A stretch of DNA of 62,415 nucleotides, taken from the NCBI GenBank assembly GCA_016839445.1, contig JAEOUG010000100.1:1-62415 (forward strand), read 5' to 3'. Numbering within the stretch: position 1 is the stretch's first letter; each line of letters opens with the position of its first letter. The notes under the pieces were generated by a model, which saw only the letters and a list, made by a program, of their open reading frames with translations, had not been told where the DNA came from and did no database searches. Made by a program: the position numbers and the translations under genes. The stretch comes from Candidatus Thorarchaeota archaeon. Lineage in GTDB: Archaea > Asgardarchaeota > Thorarchaeia > Thorarchaeales > Thorarchaeaceae. Shown piece by piece: positions 38,834 to 48,285 of the stretch.

Positions 38834-39868
38834 ATGATAATGACTACGATTGAAGTTGAAGAAGAACTAGACCTGTACGGCGACCTGCCCGACGATGTTG
38901 TCGTCAGCGTCAACGACTGCTACAAGATCTACAAGGCCCAAGAGCTGGAAGTGGTCGCCCTCAGCGGTGTATCGCTACAGATTCTAGAAGGCAAGATCAT
39001 GGCGGTAGTTGGTCCTAGCGGATCGGGCAAGACAACCCTGATCAACGTCATAGGCGGTATCACCAAGGCCACTGTCGGCAAAGTCTACTGGGCTAATCTC
39101 AGGACCGATATCACGAAACTCAGTGAGCGCGTACTCACTGAGGCACGACGGAACTTCATAGGTTTCCACTTCCAAGTGAACAATCTGCTTCCCCACCTCA
39201 ACGCATGGCAGAACGTGGAGCTGGCGGCTCGAATCGCAGGAGTGCCACGGAAGCTTCGAAAGGACAGAGTGGATCGGCTCATCAAGCTTGTCGGGCTGGA
39301 GGAGCGGAGGAGAAACAAGGCCACAACCCTGAGCGGTGGTGAGAAGTCACGCGTCGCCATAGCGAGTGCTCTTGTGAACCTCATCGATACTGAAGGGAAA
39401 GGACTGGTCTTATGTGACGAGCCTACAGGCGACTTGGATCCTGAGACCGGTGAGAGAATTCTGGACTTGTTTCAGGAGCTGAACGAGACCATTGGCACCT
39501 CGTTCTTCATTGTCACACACAGCCAACAGGTTGCTTCAAAGGCAGATGTCACAGTGGAGCTTCGTGATGGTGTGATCTCTGGATTCCATCAGGCTGGCAT
39601 CGATCTTGACATGCTTGATACGACCCGCATTGTCCGTCTTGATGACAAGCATCGCCTGCCCATGCCAACGGACCTGCTAGACCTGGCAGGAAATCCGCGT
39701 GAGTTCAGGCTGACCTACGCTGATGACAGGTTCATTCTTGTGCCTCAGACAGGTGAGGTTGTAGACTCCATGCGAATCAAGAAGTCAAGGACCTGCCGTG
39801 TCTGCGCATATGAGATACCACCCGGGAAGTTCATCTGCCCCAATTGTGGTAGCCAAGTATCAGCATAG
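38834..39868 (+). CDS. ABC ATPase with C-terminal AbrB/MraZ-like domain and Zn ribbon
   Basis: GPSGSGKT, LSGGEK, CDEPTG; VRLDDKHRLPMP; CRVC...CPNCG. Confidence 0.85.
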   Translation: MIMTTIEVEEELDLYGDLPDDVVVSVNDCYKIYKAQELEVVALSGVSLQILEGKIMAVVGPSGSGKTTLINVIGGITKATVGKVYWANLRTDITKLSERVLTEARRNFIGFHFQVNNLLPHLNAWQNVELAARIAGVPRKLRKDRVDRLIKLVGLEERRRNKATTLSGGEKSRVAIASALVNLIDTEGKGLVLCDEPTGDLDPETGERILDLFQELNETIGTSFFIVTHSQQVASKADVTVELRDGVISGFHQAGIDLDMLDTTRIVRLDDKHRLPMPTDLLDLAGNPREFRLTYADDRFILVPQTGEVVDSMRIKKSRTCRVCAYEIPPGKFICPNCGSQVSA

Positions 39869-39879
39869 TCTCGAGATGG

Positions 39880-40365
39880 CTAGCGACTTGCCTCTGGTGA
39901 GTCGCGCCTCTTGAACAGGGCAACCAGCTGTTCTATAGTGGTCCAAGTATCCATGTACTTCCGAATCAGACGACGCTCTCGCTTCAGAATCTTCACTCTA
40001 AGAAGCTCGAGTTCCTTCTCGATGAACCTGTGGATTTCTTTGCCCTCTTTGTCGAAATCCGTGAGAATCAGAACCTGTCCGCTATCCCCCGCCGCCGAAG
40101 CTATCTTCTGCACTAGGTCCGCTCTTCTGAGTTTCGTCTGAGTCTTGATGATTGGGGCCCTGAGCCCCAGGTCTCTCAGAATCCGTACATCTCGTTTGCC
40201 CTCTACGACGACTACTAGCTGGGGATAGCTTCCATCAAGGGCCTGAATGAAGTCGACGAGTTCTCGCTCGTTCTCCTTCAGCCTCATATTGCGCTTTGTG
40301 GCAAGCGTTCTCTCTCTGAACGCAGCTCTCTTCTCTCTTGCCGCTTTGTTCTTTTCTTCTTCCAA
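39880..40365 (-). CDS. Small TOPRIM-domain protein
   Basis: VVVEGKRD, ILTDFDKEG. Confidence 0.85.
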   Translation of the reverse strand: MEEEKNKAAREKRAAFRERTLATKRNMRLKENERELVDFIQALDGSYPQLVVVVEGKRDVRILRDLGLRAPIIKTQTKLRRADLVQKIASAAGDSGQVLILTDFDKEGKEIHRFIEKELELLRVKILKRERRLIRKYMDTWTTIEQLVALFKRRDSPEASR

Positions 40366-40383
40366 AGGCTACACCACGCCCGT

Positions 40384-41427
40384 CTAGGGGAATACTGCAA
40401 CCTTCATGGTCTTGCCCTCACTCATCTGCTCAAGAGCCTGATTGATATCCTTCAAGGGCATCTCATGAGAGATCAGGAGGTCAGGTTCTACATCTCTGGC
40501 GATGATCAGTCTAAGGGCCTGCTCGACGTGCCTAGGTTTGAGGTGGAATACTCCCTTGATTGTCAACTGTCCATAGTGGAACCTACCTGTATCCAGCTCG
40601 AACTTGGTTCCCGAAGCCGCACCCCCAAACAGAACGGTCGTCCCAGCGTCGCGAGTCATGTCCACTGCTTGTTCCCAGGTCTGGCGGACTCCAACCGCCT
40701 CGATGACCACGTCAGCTCCCCGACCCGAGGTCTCTTCCCTTACTCTCTCAACGGGGTTCTCAACGGCAGGATCCACAACAATGTCTGCCCCTGCCTTCAG
40801 AGCAGTGTCTCTTCGCAGTTGGGCCAGATCTGAGGCTATCACGGTGGATGCGCCATTCTTCTTCGCTAACATGATGAGCATCTGCCCGATGGGCCCTGCA
40901 CCGATGACTACCACAGTGTCTCCCATCTGGATGTTAGATTCCTCGATTCCGTGCACCACGCAGGCCAGTGGCTCGGTCAGAGCAGCGTGTTTGAATGAGA
41001 GCGAGTCTGGAATCGGATGCGTATTCCACCTGACAACGCTAGCGGGCACTCTGATATACTCTGCAAATGCGCCGTTTACCAAGTTCTCTTTCAGGTGTGA
41101 GCATAGATTGGGCATGTCTCTCTTGCAGTAGAAGCAGTCGCCGCATGGTGCTGAATTGGTGGCAACGACTCGCATACCAGTCTCAAAGCCTTCCACACCA
41201 ACGCCTGTCTCTTCTATCGTTCCAGCGTATTCGTGGCCGAAGAGTGCCGGCGTCTGGCGAATCAGAAGAGGATGACCTCTCTTGTAGGTCTTCACGTCTG
41301 TTCCACATGTGAGTGCGGTTCCCACCTTTACGAGGAGTTCCCCAGGGCCTATCTCTGGAATGTCTGTCTCCTCGTATTTGACGTCGCCTACTCCGTAATA
41401 CATCGCGGCTTTCATTCTGCGAGTCAT
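40384..41427 (-). CDS. Zn-dependent MDR dehydrogenase (iditol/threonine DH-like)
   Basis: CGTD, GHEYAG, CGDCFYC, EPLAC, GAGPIG; start moved to ATG 41427. Confidence 0.9.
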   Translation of the reverse strand: MTRRMKAAMYYGVGDVKYEETDIPEIGPGELLVKVGTALTCGTDVKTYKRGHPLLIRQTPALFGHEYAGTIEETGVGVEGFETGMRVVATNSAPCGDCFYCKRDMPNLCSHLKENLVNGAFAEYIRVPASVVRWNTHPIPDSLSFKHAALTEPLACVVHGIEESNIQMGDTVVVIGAGPIGQMLIMLAKKNGASTVIASDLAQLRRDTALKAGADIVVDPAVENPVERVREETSGRGADVVIEAVGVRQTWEQAVDMTRDAGTTVLFGGAASGTKFELDTGRFHYGQLTIKGVFHLKPRHVEQALRLIIARDVEPDLLISHEMPLKDINQALEQMSEGKTMKVAVFP

Positions 41428-41524
41428 TGGAATCTCATCAGGTGTCCGCTTGGTCTGCATAAATGGGTTACTGACCGCAATCCTTAATGTGCCGCTGAGG
41501 CGTTCGAACGATGGCCGTGAGACT

Positions 41525-41977
41525 ATGCGAGTCAAGTCAAGATATCCGGAGCGACTGGAGTACCACGCATCAAGCAAGTGGGACGGGAAGACGGGTGGAC
41601 AAGTGACCACGAGCGAAGATCGCAAGATTGTCTTTGATACACCGAAGAGCTTCGGAGGTAATGGCGAGGGCATTTGCCCTGACGAGATGTTTGTTGGTGC
41701 TGTCCTCGGGTGTCTGAACAACACATTCATGGATTTCCAGCGTCGCTTCGAGATGGTTGTCAAGAGCTTTGAGCTGAGGGGTGTTGCTACTGCCGAGTTC
41801 GATGGGACTGGGTACAAGATCATAGGCCTCAAGATTGATGGAAGAGTGATAGTAGGGGAGGACGAGAAAGAGGTGGGCGAACGCTGCGTGGAGCTGATGA
41901 AGGAGTACTGTCATCTGACACGCACGATAAGGGATTGCCTCCCTACCGAATACCACGTCGAGGTCCTTGAGGAGTAG
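41525..41977 (+). CDS. OsmC/Ohr family protein
   Basis: DTPKSFGG, PDEMFVGAVLGC, EYCHLT. Confidence 0.85.
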   Translation: MRVKSRYPERLEYHASSKWDGKTGGQVTTSEDRKIVFDTPKSFGGNGEGICPDEMFVGAVLGCLNNTFMDFQRRFEMVVKSFELRGVATAEFDGTGYKIIGLKIDGRVIVGEDEKEVGERCVELMKEYCHLTRTIRDCLPTEYHVEVLEE

Positions 41978-41989
41978 TTGCCCCAAATC

Positions 41990-42469
41990 CTACGTCATTA
42001 GGTCTGCAATACGTGCCATGTATTTCTCGATGTTCTTCCATTGGCCTCCTCTGAAGAAGACACTACTGCAATACTCACAGAGCCAGAACTCGTCATAGTG
42101 ATTGAAGGTCTGGTCGAAGACAAGGCCCTTGATCCTATCCTTCTCATCGGCAAAGATGTGGACTAATGCACCATTGCACTTCGTGCATCTTGATAGAGCA
42201 GGATCCGCCACGGCCTCTATACCGAACCTCATGAAGACCGAGGCAACACGCTCGTCAACGGTTCCGCGCACGAGCATGCACTCAGTCCCATCATCTGCCG
42301 CCCTTCTGCTCAGCTCCTCATCGGCAGTGAGAAGCACTCGGCTGTCGTCACGAGCTATTCTAAGCAAATCGTCATCGTCTGTCTTTGGTGAGTAGTACGT
42401 ATCACACCCAACAAGACGTAGCCAAGTGGCTAGCCTGCCCAACATAGCATCGACCACGAAACGGTTCAT
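41990..42469 (-). CDS. Mut7-C RNase domain protein
   Basis: FVVDAMLGRLATWLR, RCTKCNG, CEYC. Confidence 0.9.
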   Translation of the reverse strand: MNRFVVDAMLGRLATWLRLVGCDTYYSPKTDDDDLLRIARDDSRVLLTADEELSRRAADDGTECMLVRGTVDERVASVFMRFGIEAVADPALSRCTKCNGALVHIFADEKDRIKGLVFDQTFNHYDEFWLCEYCSSVFFRGGQWKNIEKYMARIADLMT

Positions 42470-43365
42470 TCTCTCTCACCGAAGTACAACCTTGCCGCAT
42501 TTTTCCACATGACTGCTTCAATCTCCTCATCAGTCACCTGTCGATAGCCCTCTGCAATCAGACGCTCCGGCAATCTCAGGTTGGAGAAGAAGTGTACCCA
42601 TCTCTTCAGTGGCATTGCGTGTTCGAAGAGCGGATAATCACTCCCGAAGATCATCCTGTTTGGGAAGACCTTCCAGAGCTTGGCTTCTGCAATCATCTCG
42701 TAGACCCTCGAAGTGGCTGATGCTGCGAAGTGCTGCCAACCGGACACGTCCACTGAAACGTTAGGGTTCTTCGAGGCAACCATGATAGCTTCCTCGTGCC
42801 AAGGTGTTCCCACATGTGCCAGTACAATCTTCAAGGCAGGGAAGTCGGCAGCCACCTTGTCCATGTATACTGGCTTGGCGTATTTGACATGCTTGAATCG
42901 CGAGGTGAATCCGGTGTGAACGACAACGGGCACCTCGAGGTCGACACATAGCTGATAGAATGGGTAGAACTCATCGCTGTCAGGATAGAATCCATTGGGC
43001 GGGTATATCTTCCATCCACTGCACCCCTTCTTTGTTATGGCACGCTCAAGTTCTCTCAGTCCTTCTTCGCCCCTCCTCGGGTCCAGACCCACGAACGTAA
43101 TCAGCTTCGACTTCTCTGACACTTCGTCAGCGTGCCAGTCAGTCTTCTCTATCAAGCTCAGAGGCATGTCCTGGTTGAGGCCGCTGTCTATAGGCAGAAT
43201 GACGGCACGTTCTACTCCACTATCGTCCATGGCCGCTTCGAGGGCACCTATGGGAGAGTCAAGTCTTGGCTCTACTCCAGCTCGCTCCGCAGCGATTCTC
43301 CGTGCCTCAAGGTCTGACTCGGCAATCATGTTTCTAGTCCATGTGTGGACGTGTGCATCAATCAC
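42466..43365 (-). CDS. Amidohydrolase_2 family protein
   Basis: IDAHVH, KIYP, VHTG, LAHVG, FGSDYP. Confidence 0.9.
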   Translation of the reverse strand: MIDAHVHTWTRNMIAESDLEARRIAAERAGVEPRLDSPIGALEAAMDDSGVERAVILPIDSGLNQDMPLSLIEKTDWHADEVSEKSKLITFVGLDPRRGEEGLRELERAITKKGCSGWKIYPPNGFYPDSDEFYPFYQLCVDLEVPVVVHTGFTSRFKHVKYAKPVYMDKVAADFPALKIVLAHVGTPWHEEAIMVASKNPNVSVDVSGWQHFAASATSRVYEMIAEAKLWKVFPNRMIFGSDYPLFEHAMPLKRWVHFFSNLRLPERLIAEGYRQVTDEEIEAVMWKNAARLYFGERE

Positions 43366-43389
43366 TCTCAGCTCTTTCCTCTCCTGCCC

Positions 43390-44241
43390 TCATGGTTTTC
43401 TCAGCCTCTCGTGCACCTTCCGGAGGAGGTCGATTCTCTGCGCAGGAACCGTTACCTCTCCCATTTGAGCATGTGATGGGTCTCCATGATAGTCACTGCC
43501 CCCAGTCTCGATAAGTCCTAGCTTCTCTGCTGCGGAGCGCAGCGATTCAAGTGATCCATGTGTAGCCACATTACCATAGTCGTATTCCACCTCGACCCCC
43601 TCAAGTCCGTGAGCACGGAGACCTGAGAGGAGCTCGAAGTGATCCGCCTCCGCGATCATGAGGGGGTGGGCTATTACCGGGACCGCTGCCATATCCATGA
43701 GGAGACGTATCGCCTCCACCGTGTCAATCCTCTCCTTGGGAACGTAGGCAGGTCTTCCTCTGGCAAGGAATCTATCAAACGCCTCTTGCGTATCTTCAAC
43801 AACACCCTTGTCCACTAGGATTCTGGCCAGATGAGGTCTTCCGGGCGACTTCACACCCCGCAGTTCTTCGTCAATGTCGGATTCTGCGATTTCGATTCCC
43901 ATGGTGTTCAGTCTTCTGACCATTCTTGGGAATCTCTCCCTCCGTATCTTCCCCACTCCACGCAGACGGTTTCTGAGTGAGGAGGGCCCCCAGCTGACGA
44001 AATAGCCTAAGAGATGAATCTCAAGTCCTCTGTATTCGGTGCTGATCTCAACTCCTGGCACTCGCTGGAGTGGTTCTGGCGCATCGCAGCTGAGGAATTC
44101 CTCATTCCCGTCGAGGACATCATGATCGGTAAGGGCTATCCCTCCCAGCCCCATCCCCGCTGCGCGCTTTACGAGCCTTTCCGGAGATTCGAGGCCATCA
44201 GAGACGTTAGAGTGAAGATGCAGGTCAGCACGGTCCTTCAC
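43390..44241 (-). CDS. PHP-domain phosphoesterase (YciV/TrpH-like)
   Basis: DLHLHSNVSDG, TDHD, GRPHLA, AHP, GGSDYHG. Confidence 0.9.
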   Translation of the reverse strand: MKDRADLHLHSNVSDGLESPERLVKRAAGMGLGGIALTDHDVLDGNEEFLSCDAPEPLQRVPGVEISTEYRGLEIHLLGYFVSWGPSSLRNRLRGVGKIRRERFPRMVRRLNTMGIEIAESDIDEELRGVKSPGRPHLARILVDKGVVEDTQEAFDRFLARGRPAYVPKERIDTVEAIRLLMDMAAVPVIAHPLMIAEADHFELLSGLRAHGLEGVEVEYDYGNVATHGSLESLRSAAEKLGLIETGGSDYHGDPSHAQMGEVTVPAQRIDLLRKVHERLRKP

Positions 44242-44641
44242 GAGTTGCAGCCTCCTGTTGTAGTTTCTCTATGAGTCTTCTGACCCTGTGACAGACGCCT
44301 CTAATCTCGTCTCTACTCACCGTGCTTCTTGAAGGGCAGTCCCCATCAGTCACGCATTTTCTCTTCTTGGCGTGATAGACGATTGGGTAGTATCTGCACC
44401 CCTCTGGACGATGCTCGTATATCCTGCAAAGTTTGGATTCAGTGTCATAGAAATAGCAGAATCCATCCACGTTCCTCAGCTCACAGAACCCATCCTCCTC
44501 CCGCACAAGGTACTCACTTCGGGAGTATCCCAATGAGTCAATGCGCTCTGCATCTTCTCTCGTCAGGGTCATTTCGGTCTCTGCGCAGCAGAGTCTAACA
44601 TCATCGCAGGAGCCGTCATGGTTGCAGATGAACGGGGTCAA
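44225..44641 (-). CDS. YkgJ family cysteine-cluster protein
   Basis: CC...CYFYD..SKLCRIYEHRPEGCRYYP. Confidence 0.85.
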   Translation of the reverse strand: MTPFICNHDGSCDDVRLCCAETEMTLTREDAERIDSLGYSRSEYLVREEDGFCELRNVDGFCYFYDTESKLCRIYEHRPEGCRYYPIVYHAKKRKCVTDGDCPSRSTVSRDEIRGVCHRVRRLIEKLQQEAATREGPC

Positions 44642-44675
44642 GATTCAGCGTATCCTTCGTATCCTATCAGAATGA

Positions 44676-44751
44676 ATCGGTCAGATTGCGGTTTATTGGG
44701 TCATCACGATGATGAGTCGCTCTCCATCCCTGCTGTCATCATCATCCCGAT
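44676..44751 (-). ncRNA. Box C/D methylation-guide sRNA candidate
   Basis: Minus strand ATCGG-G-ATGATGA (C), GTGATGA (C'), 16-nt guide, CTGA (D), then CCGAT; perfect 5-bp K-turn stem; TATATA about 25 nt upstream (44775-80). Confidence 0.8.
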
Positions 44752-44845
44752 GCTCCGCATTGGCCGCTGACCGCTATATACCGTTTGTTGTACACTCTCT
44801 ACGATTTTCGCATGTTATTATAGTAAGTTGCGACCTTCTCTGCTC

Positions 44846-45163
44846 ATGTCATCTCCAAGAATGGAAATAGAAAAGGCGCGAGACACTGTGTCAAGGAACA
44901 TCTTGACAATCCTGGCGACTCTCAAGTGCGATGAGTCTGTGAAGGGAGAGTCAATGAAGCTACTGGAGGCGTCCGCTGAAGCCGGCCTTCTCACAGCAAC
45001 GGGGCCAGAAGGACAGGCAGCAGGTATTGTCTATGTTTCGTGTATTCTGGCCAGGAAACGTTTGAGTCAAGCAGTGATAGGAAGGGCTGCTGGGGTGTCT
45101 TCAGGCGTTGTGGGCAAGAACTACATCAGAATTGCCCGTGGCCTAGGCTATGGTGAGCGCTAG
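44846..45163 (+). CDS. Stand-alone TFB/TFIIB cyclin-repeat protein
   Basis: PEGQAAGIVYVSC...SQAVIGRAAGVSSGVVGKNY resembles the TFB C-terminal repeat; no Zn ribbon. Confidence 0.65.
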   Translation: MSSPRMEIEKARDTVSRNILTILATLKCDESVKGESMKLLEASAEAGLLTATGPEGQAAGIVYVSCILARKRLSQAVIGRAAGVSSGVVGKNYIRIARGLGYGER

Positions 45164-45408
45164 TCACTTCTCCTAGAGAGGCGGCGGGAGGGAGAGAGGT
45201 TCTTCTTCAGATCTTGTGATTCCTCGGTCTGGATAGACGGCGCACTCACTGGAAGGCTCTTCCCAGTGATTCGCTGAAATGCGCGGCCACGAGCCTTGTT
45301 GATATAATCCATGAGATTGGTTGGCTGTGCCATAGCTCCCAGCATCAGCTGTCGACGCCTGTTGAACAGATTGAGGAATCTCTCGACTATGTTCATCGCT
45401 CTTTCCAC
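45160..45408 (-). CDS. Hypothetical small basic protein
   Basis: 82 aa ORF filling the gap; amphipathic N-terminus. Confidence 0.5.
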   Translation of the reverse strand: MERAMNIVERFLNLFNRRRQLMLGAMAQPTNLMDYINKARGRAFQRITGKSLPVSAPSIQTEESQDLKKNLSPSRRLSRRSD

Positions 45409-45506
45409 CCTCTGATTCAGTCAGATTGCACAAAAGCCTTTGGAAACATCACTGAGCCAAAGCGCTAAATAGTATCCTCAAGCATCCCCGCCTAGTTTTT
45501 CCTGAG

Positions 45507-47345
45507 GTGTCGACGGACAAGATGCGAATCGCCATTGTTGACCAATACAGATGCAGGCCAAAGGACTGCACCCACGAGTGCAGAAGGTTCTGTCCCCGGG
45601 TCAGAACCGGGGATGAAACAGTGGTGTTTCCGGAAGGCCCCGACAAGCCACCAGTCATCGTCGAAGCGCTCTGTTCTGGAGAAGCAATCTGTGTCAAGAA
45701 ATGCCCCTACGGGGTCATCAGCATCGTCAACCTACCTGAGGAATTGGAGAGCGACACCAGTCACAGGTTCAGCGTCAATGGCTTCAAGCTGTTCAGATTG
45801 CCTATACCCAAGGATGGCCAAGTGCTAGGTCTCATTGGGCCGAATGGTGTCGGAAAGACGACGGCCATCCGCGTCCTCGCAGGGGAACTGAAGCCCAATC
45901 TGGGTCGGTTCGACAACCCTCCAGAGTGGGATGAGATCATCAGGGAGTATCGCGGCTCCGAGCTTCAGCCCTTCTTTGAGAAGGTTCAGAGCGGTGACAT
46001 CGTGCCCATTCACAAGCCACAGAACATCACTGACCTTCCCAAGGTGAAGTCCCTTGCAGACAAGCCGATTAGCGACCTGTTGGAGTCTTCAGACTCCTCG
46101 GGACGCCTCAAGGAACTGAAGCACGATATGGGCCTGACCGAGATATGGGACCGCCCCATCAAGTTCCTGAGCGGCGGAGAGCTACAGCGCGTGGCTATTA
46201 CTGCAGCCATTGTTCGTGAAGGCGACTTCTACTTCTTCGATGAACCCACTGCCTACCTTGACGTCAGGGAACGCCTGAGAATGGCGAGGGCGATACGACA
46301 GCTTTCGGAACAGGGCAAGACAGTGGTGGTGGTCGAGCACGACCTCTCTATTCTTGACTACGTTTCCGATCTCGTCTGCATGTTCTATGGAGACCCCGGT
46401 GTCTATGGTATTGTGTCTCATCCACATGGAACGCGAGTGGGCGTCAACATCTTTCTTGATGGATACATCCCTGACGAGAACATGAGGTTCCGTGATACTT
46501 CCATCTCCTTCAAGGGGATGACTGCAGAGGATGAGGTCTTCTCCGCCGGAGAGACCCTCGTAGAGTACGGGAACATGACGAAGAACTTCGAAGACTTCAC
46601 TCTGAAGGTAGATGGAGGCAGGGTCTCGAAGGGCCAGATTGTTGGCATTCTGGGAGCAAACGGAATCGGGAAGACGACCTTCGTCAGAATGCTGGCCGGT
46701 GAGATTGAGCCTGATGAGGGGGAGGCCCCGAAGAAGACCGTCAGCGGGCTGGATCTCAAGATAAGCTACAAGCCTCAATACATCCCTTCAGACTTCGATG
46801 GCAATGTCCGAATGTACCTCAGGTCAGCTGGCGGGAGCACAATTGACTCCCCTGACTTCCGCACCTCTGTCCTGAAGCGCCTAGGCCTAGAGCATCTTCT
46901 CGATCACAATGTCCAAGATCTCAGTGGCGGAGAGCTTCAGCGCGCGGCTATAGCGGCCTGCCTTGTCCGCGAGGCTGACATCTACCTGCTGGACGAGCCA
47001 TCGGCCTTTCTGGACATCGAGCAAAGGCTTGCTAGCTCGCACGCAATCAGGAGGACCATAAGGAACGGCATGAAGACCGCCTTTGTGGTGGAGCACTCCA
47101 TATTGATGGCCGACTATCTCAGCGACAGCCTAGTGGTGTTCAAAGGCAATCCCGGGAAGAGCGGCGTCGCATCTTCAGTAAGGACACTTCGGAATGGCAT
47201 GAACACATTCCTGAAAGAGATGGGAGTGACATTCAGGCGCGACCCGCAGACAGGCAGACCAAGGGTCAACAAGGAAGGCAGTCAACTCGACACGCAACAG
47301 AAGGCATCTGGCGACTACTACTACATCGGCAAGGGTAAGCAGTAG
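45507..47345 (+). CDS. rli1: Ribosome recycling ATPase ABCE1/Rli1
   Basis: N-terminal Fe-S domain, two NBDs with LSGGELQR, TFRRDP..GRPRVNK. Confidence 0.97.
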   Translation: MSTDKMRIAIVDQYRCRPKDCTHECRRFCPRVRTGDETVVFPEGPDKPPVIVEALCSGEAICVKKCPYGVISIVNLPEELESDTSHRFSVNGFKLFRLPIPKDGQVLGLIGPNGVGKTTAIRVLAGELKPNLGRFDNPPEWDEIIREYRGSELQPFFEKVQSGDIVPIHKPQNITDLPKVKSLADKPISDLLESSDSSGRLKELKHDMGLTEIWDRPIKFLSGGELQRVAITAAIVREGDFYFFDEPTAYLDVRERLRMARAIRQLSEQGKTVVVVEHDLSILDYVSDLVCMFYGDPGVYGIVSHPHGTRVGVNIFLDGYIPDENMRFRDTSISFKGMTAEDEVFSAGETLVEYGNMTKNFEDFTLKVDGGRVSKGQIVGILGANGIGKTTFVRMLAGEIEPDEGEAPKKTVSGLDLKISYKPQYIPSDFDGNVRMYLRSAGGSTIDSPDFRTSVLKRLGLEHLLDHNVQDLSGGELQRAAIAACLVREADIYLLDEPSAFLDIEQRLASSHAIRRTIRNGMKTAFVVEHSILMADYLSDSLVVFKGNPGKSGVASSVRTLRNGMNTFLKEMGVTFRRDPQTGRPRVNKEGSQLDTQQKASGDYYYIGKGKQ

Positions 47346-48173
47346 CTAGAGGCCTCGGTACCAGTATGTCTTCTTTCTTTTGGCTTTTTCTTCATCAAGC
47401 TCGGCGAGGATTCTGACTGCTTCGTTTCCGCACCGGATTACGTCCATCTCTCCCTTGACGGCAAACTCGTCTCTGACTCTGTTTGCATATACTGCGCAGA
47501 CCGCCCCAGTTCTGAAGCCGTAGATGTTCCCTAGAGTGAAGAGGGTCGCTGCCTCCATCTCGAAGTTGGCGACATTTGCTCTTGTAAGGTCCTCGATCAG
47601 GGTTCTGCTGAAGCTCTGAGTGTAATCACGGAACCCTGGTCTTGACTGCCCGAGATAGAAGGAGTCTGTTGACGCAGAGATACCAAGGTGGTAGGTCAAT
47701 CCCAGTGTATCGGCAGCCTCAATCAATGCAAGCACCGCTTCGTGGTCCGCTGCTGCAGGATACTCGGGTCGCACGTACTGCCTACTTGTGCCATCCAGTC
47801 GTACCGCCGCAGTTGAGATAATGAGGTCGCCTATCTCAATATCCTCTTTGAGCGTAGCACATGAGCCCACTCGAAGGAATGAATCCACTCCTACGTTGGC
47901 CAGCTCCTCGATTACTATGGCTGTCCCAGGACCACCGATTCCAGTAGAGCAAGCAGAGATGGGTTTTCCCTTATACTCCCCCGTGTGAGTGACAAACTGC
48001 CGGTGAACCGCCACTTCACGAGAGGAATCCCACAAGGAGCTTATCCTCTCCACGCGCTGGGGGTCTCCTGGAATCAAGACTGTCTTTGCGACATCGCCTG
48101 GCTTGACCTCCAGATGATACTGCTTCCTGTCCTGTGTGACTGGCCGCTTGGCAGAAACCTTCCTGTCCTTCAT
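47346..48173 (-). CDS. udp: Uridine (nucleoside) phosphorylase
   Basis: QYHL, PGDPQR, STGIGGP, RVGS, SFYLGQ, NFEMEAA. Confidence 0.9.
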   Translation of the reverse strand: MKDRKVSAKRPVTQDRKQYHLEVKPGDVAKTVLIPGDPQRVERISSLWDSSREVAVHRQFVTHTGEYKGKPISACSTGIGGPGTAIVIEELANVGVDSFLRVGSCATLKEDIEIGDLIISTAAVRLDGTSRQYVRPEYPAAADHEAVLALIEAADTLGLTYHLGISASTDSFYLGQSRPGFRDYTQSFSRTLIEDLTRANVANFEMEAATLFTLGNIYGFRTGAVCAVYANRVRDEFAVKGEMDVIRCGNEAVRILAELDEEKAKRKKTYWYRGL

Positions 48174-48285
48174 GGGAATCAACACGATAGGACAAGCACG
48201 GCCTGATTTGTTCCTTTCGACGGGCACTGCGCTAAGCATATAGGAAGAAGGCGACAACCCTGAGGGAGCAGACGAGGTAGTATAC

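Noticed and set aside
44709-44770. Plus-strand C/D reading (ATGATGA...CTGA)
   Set aside because: No proper K-turn closing stem; the minus-strand reading has stem, C' box and promoter
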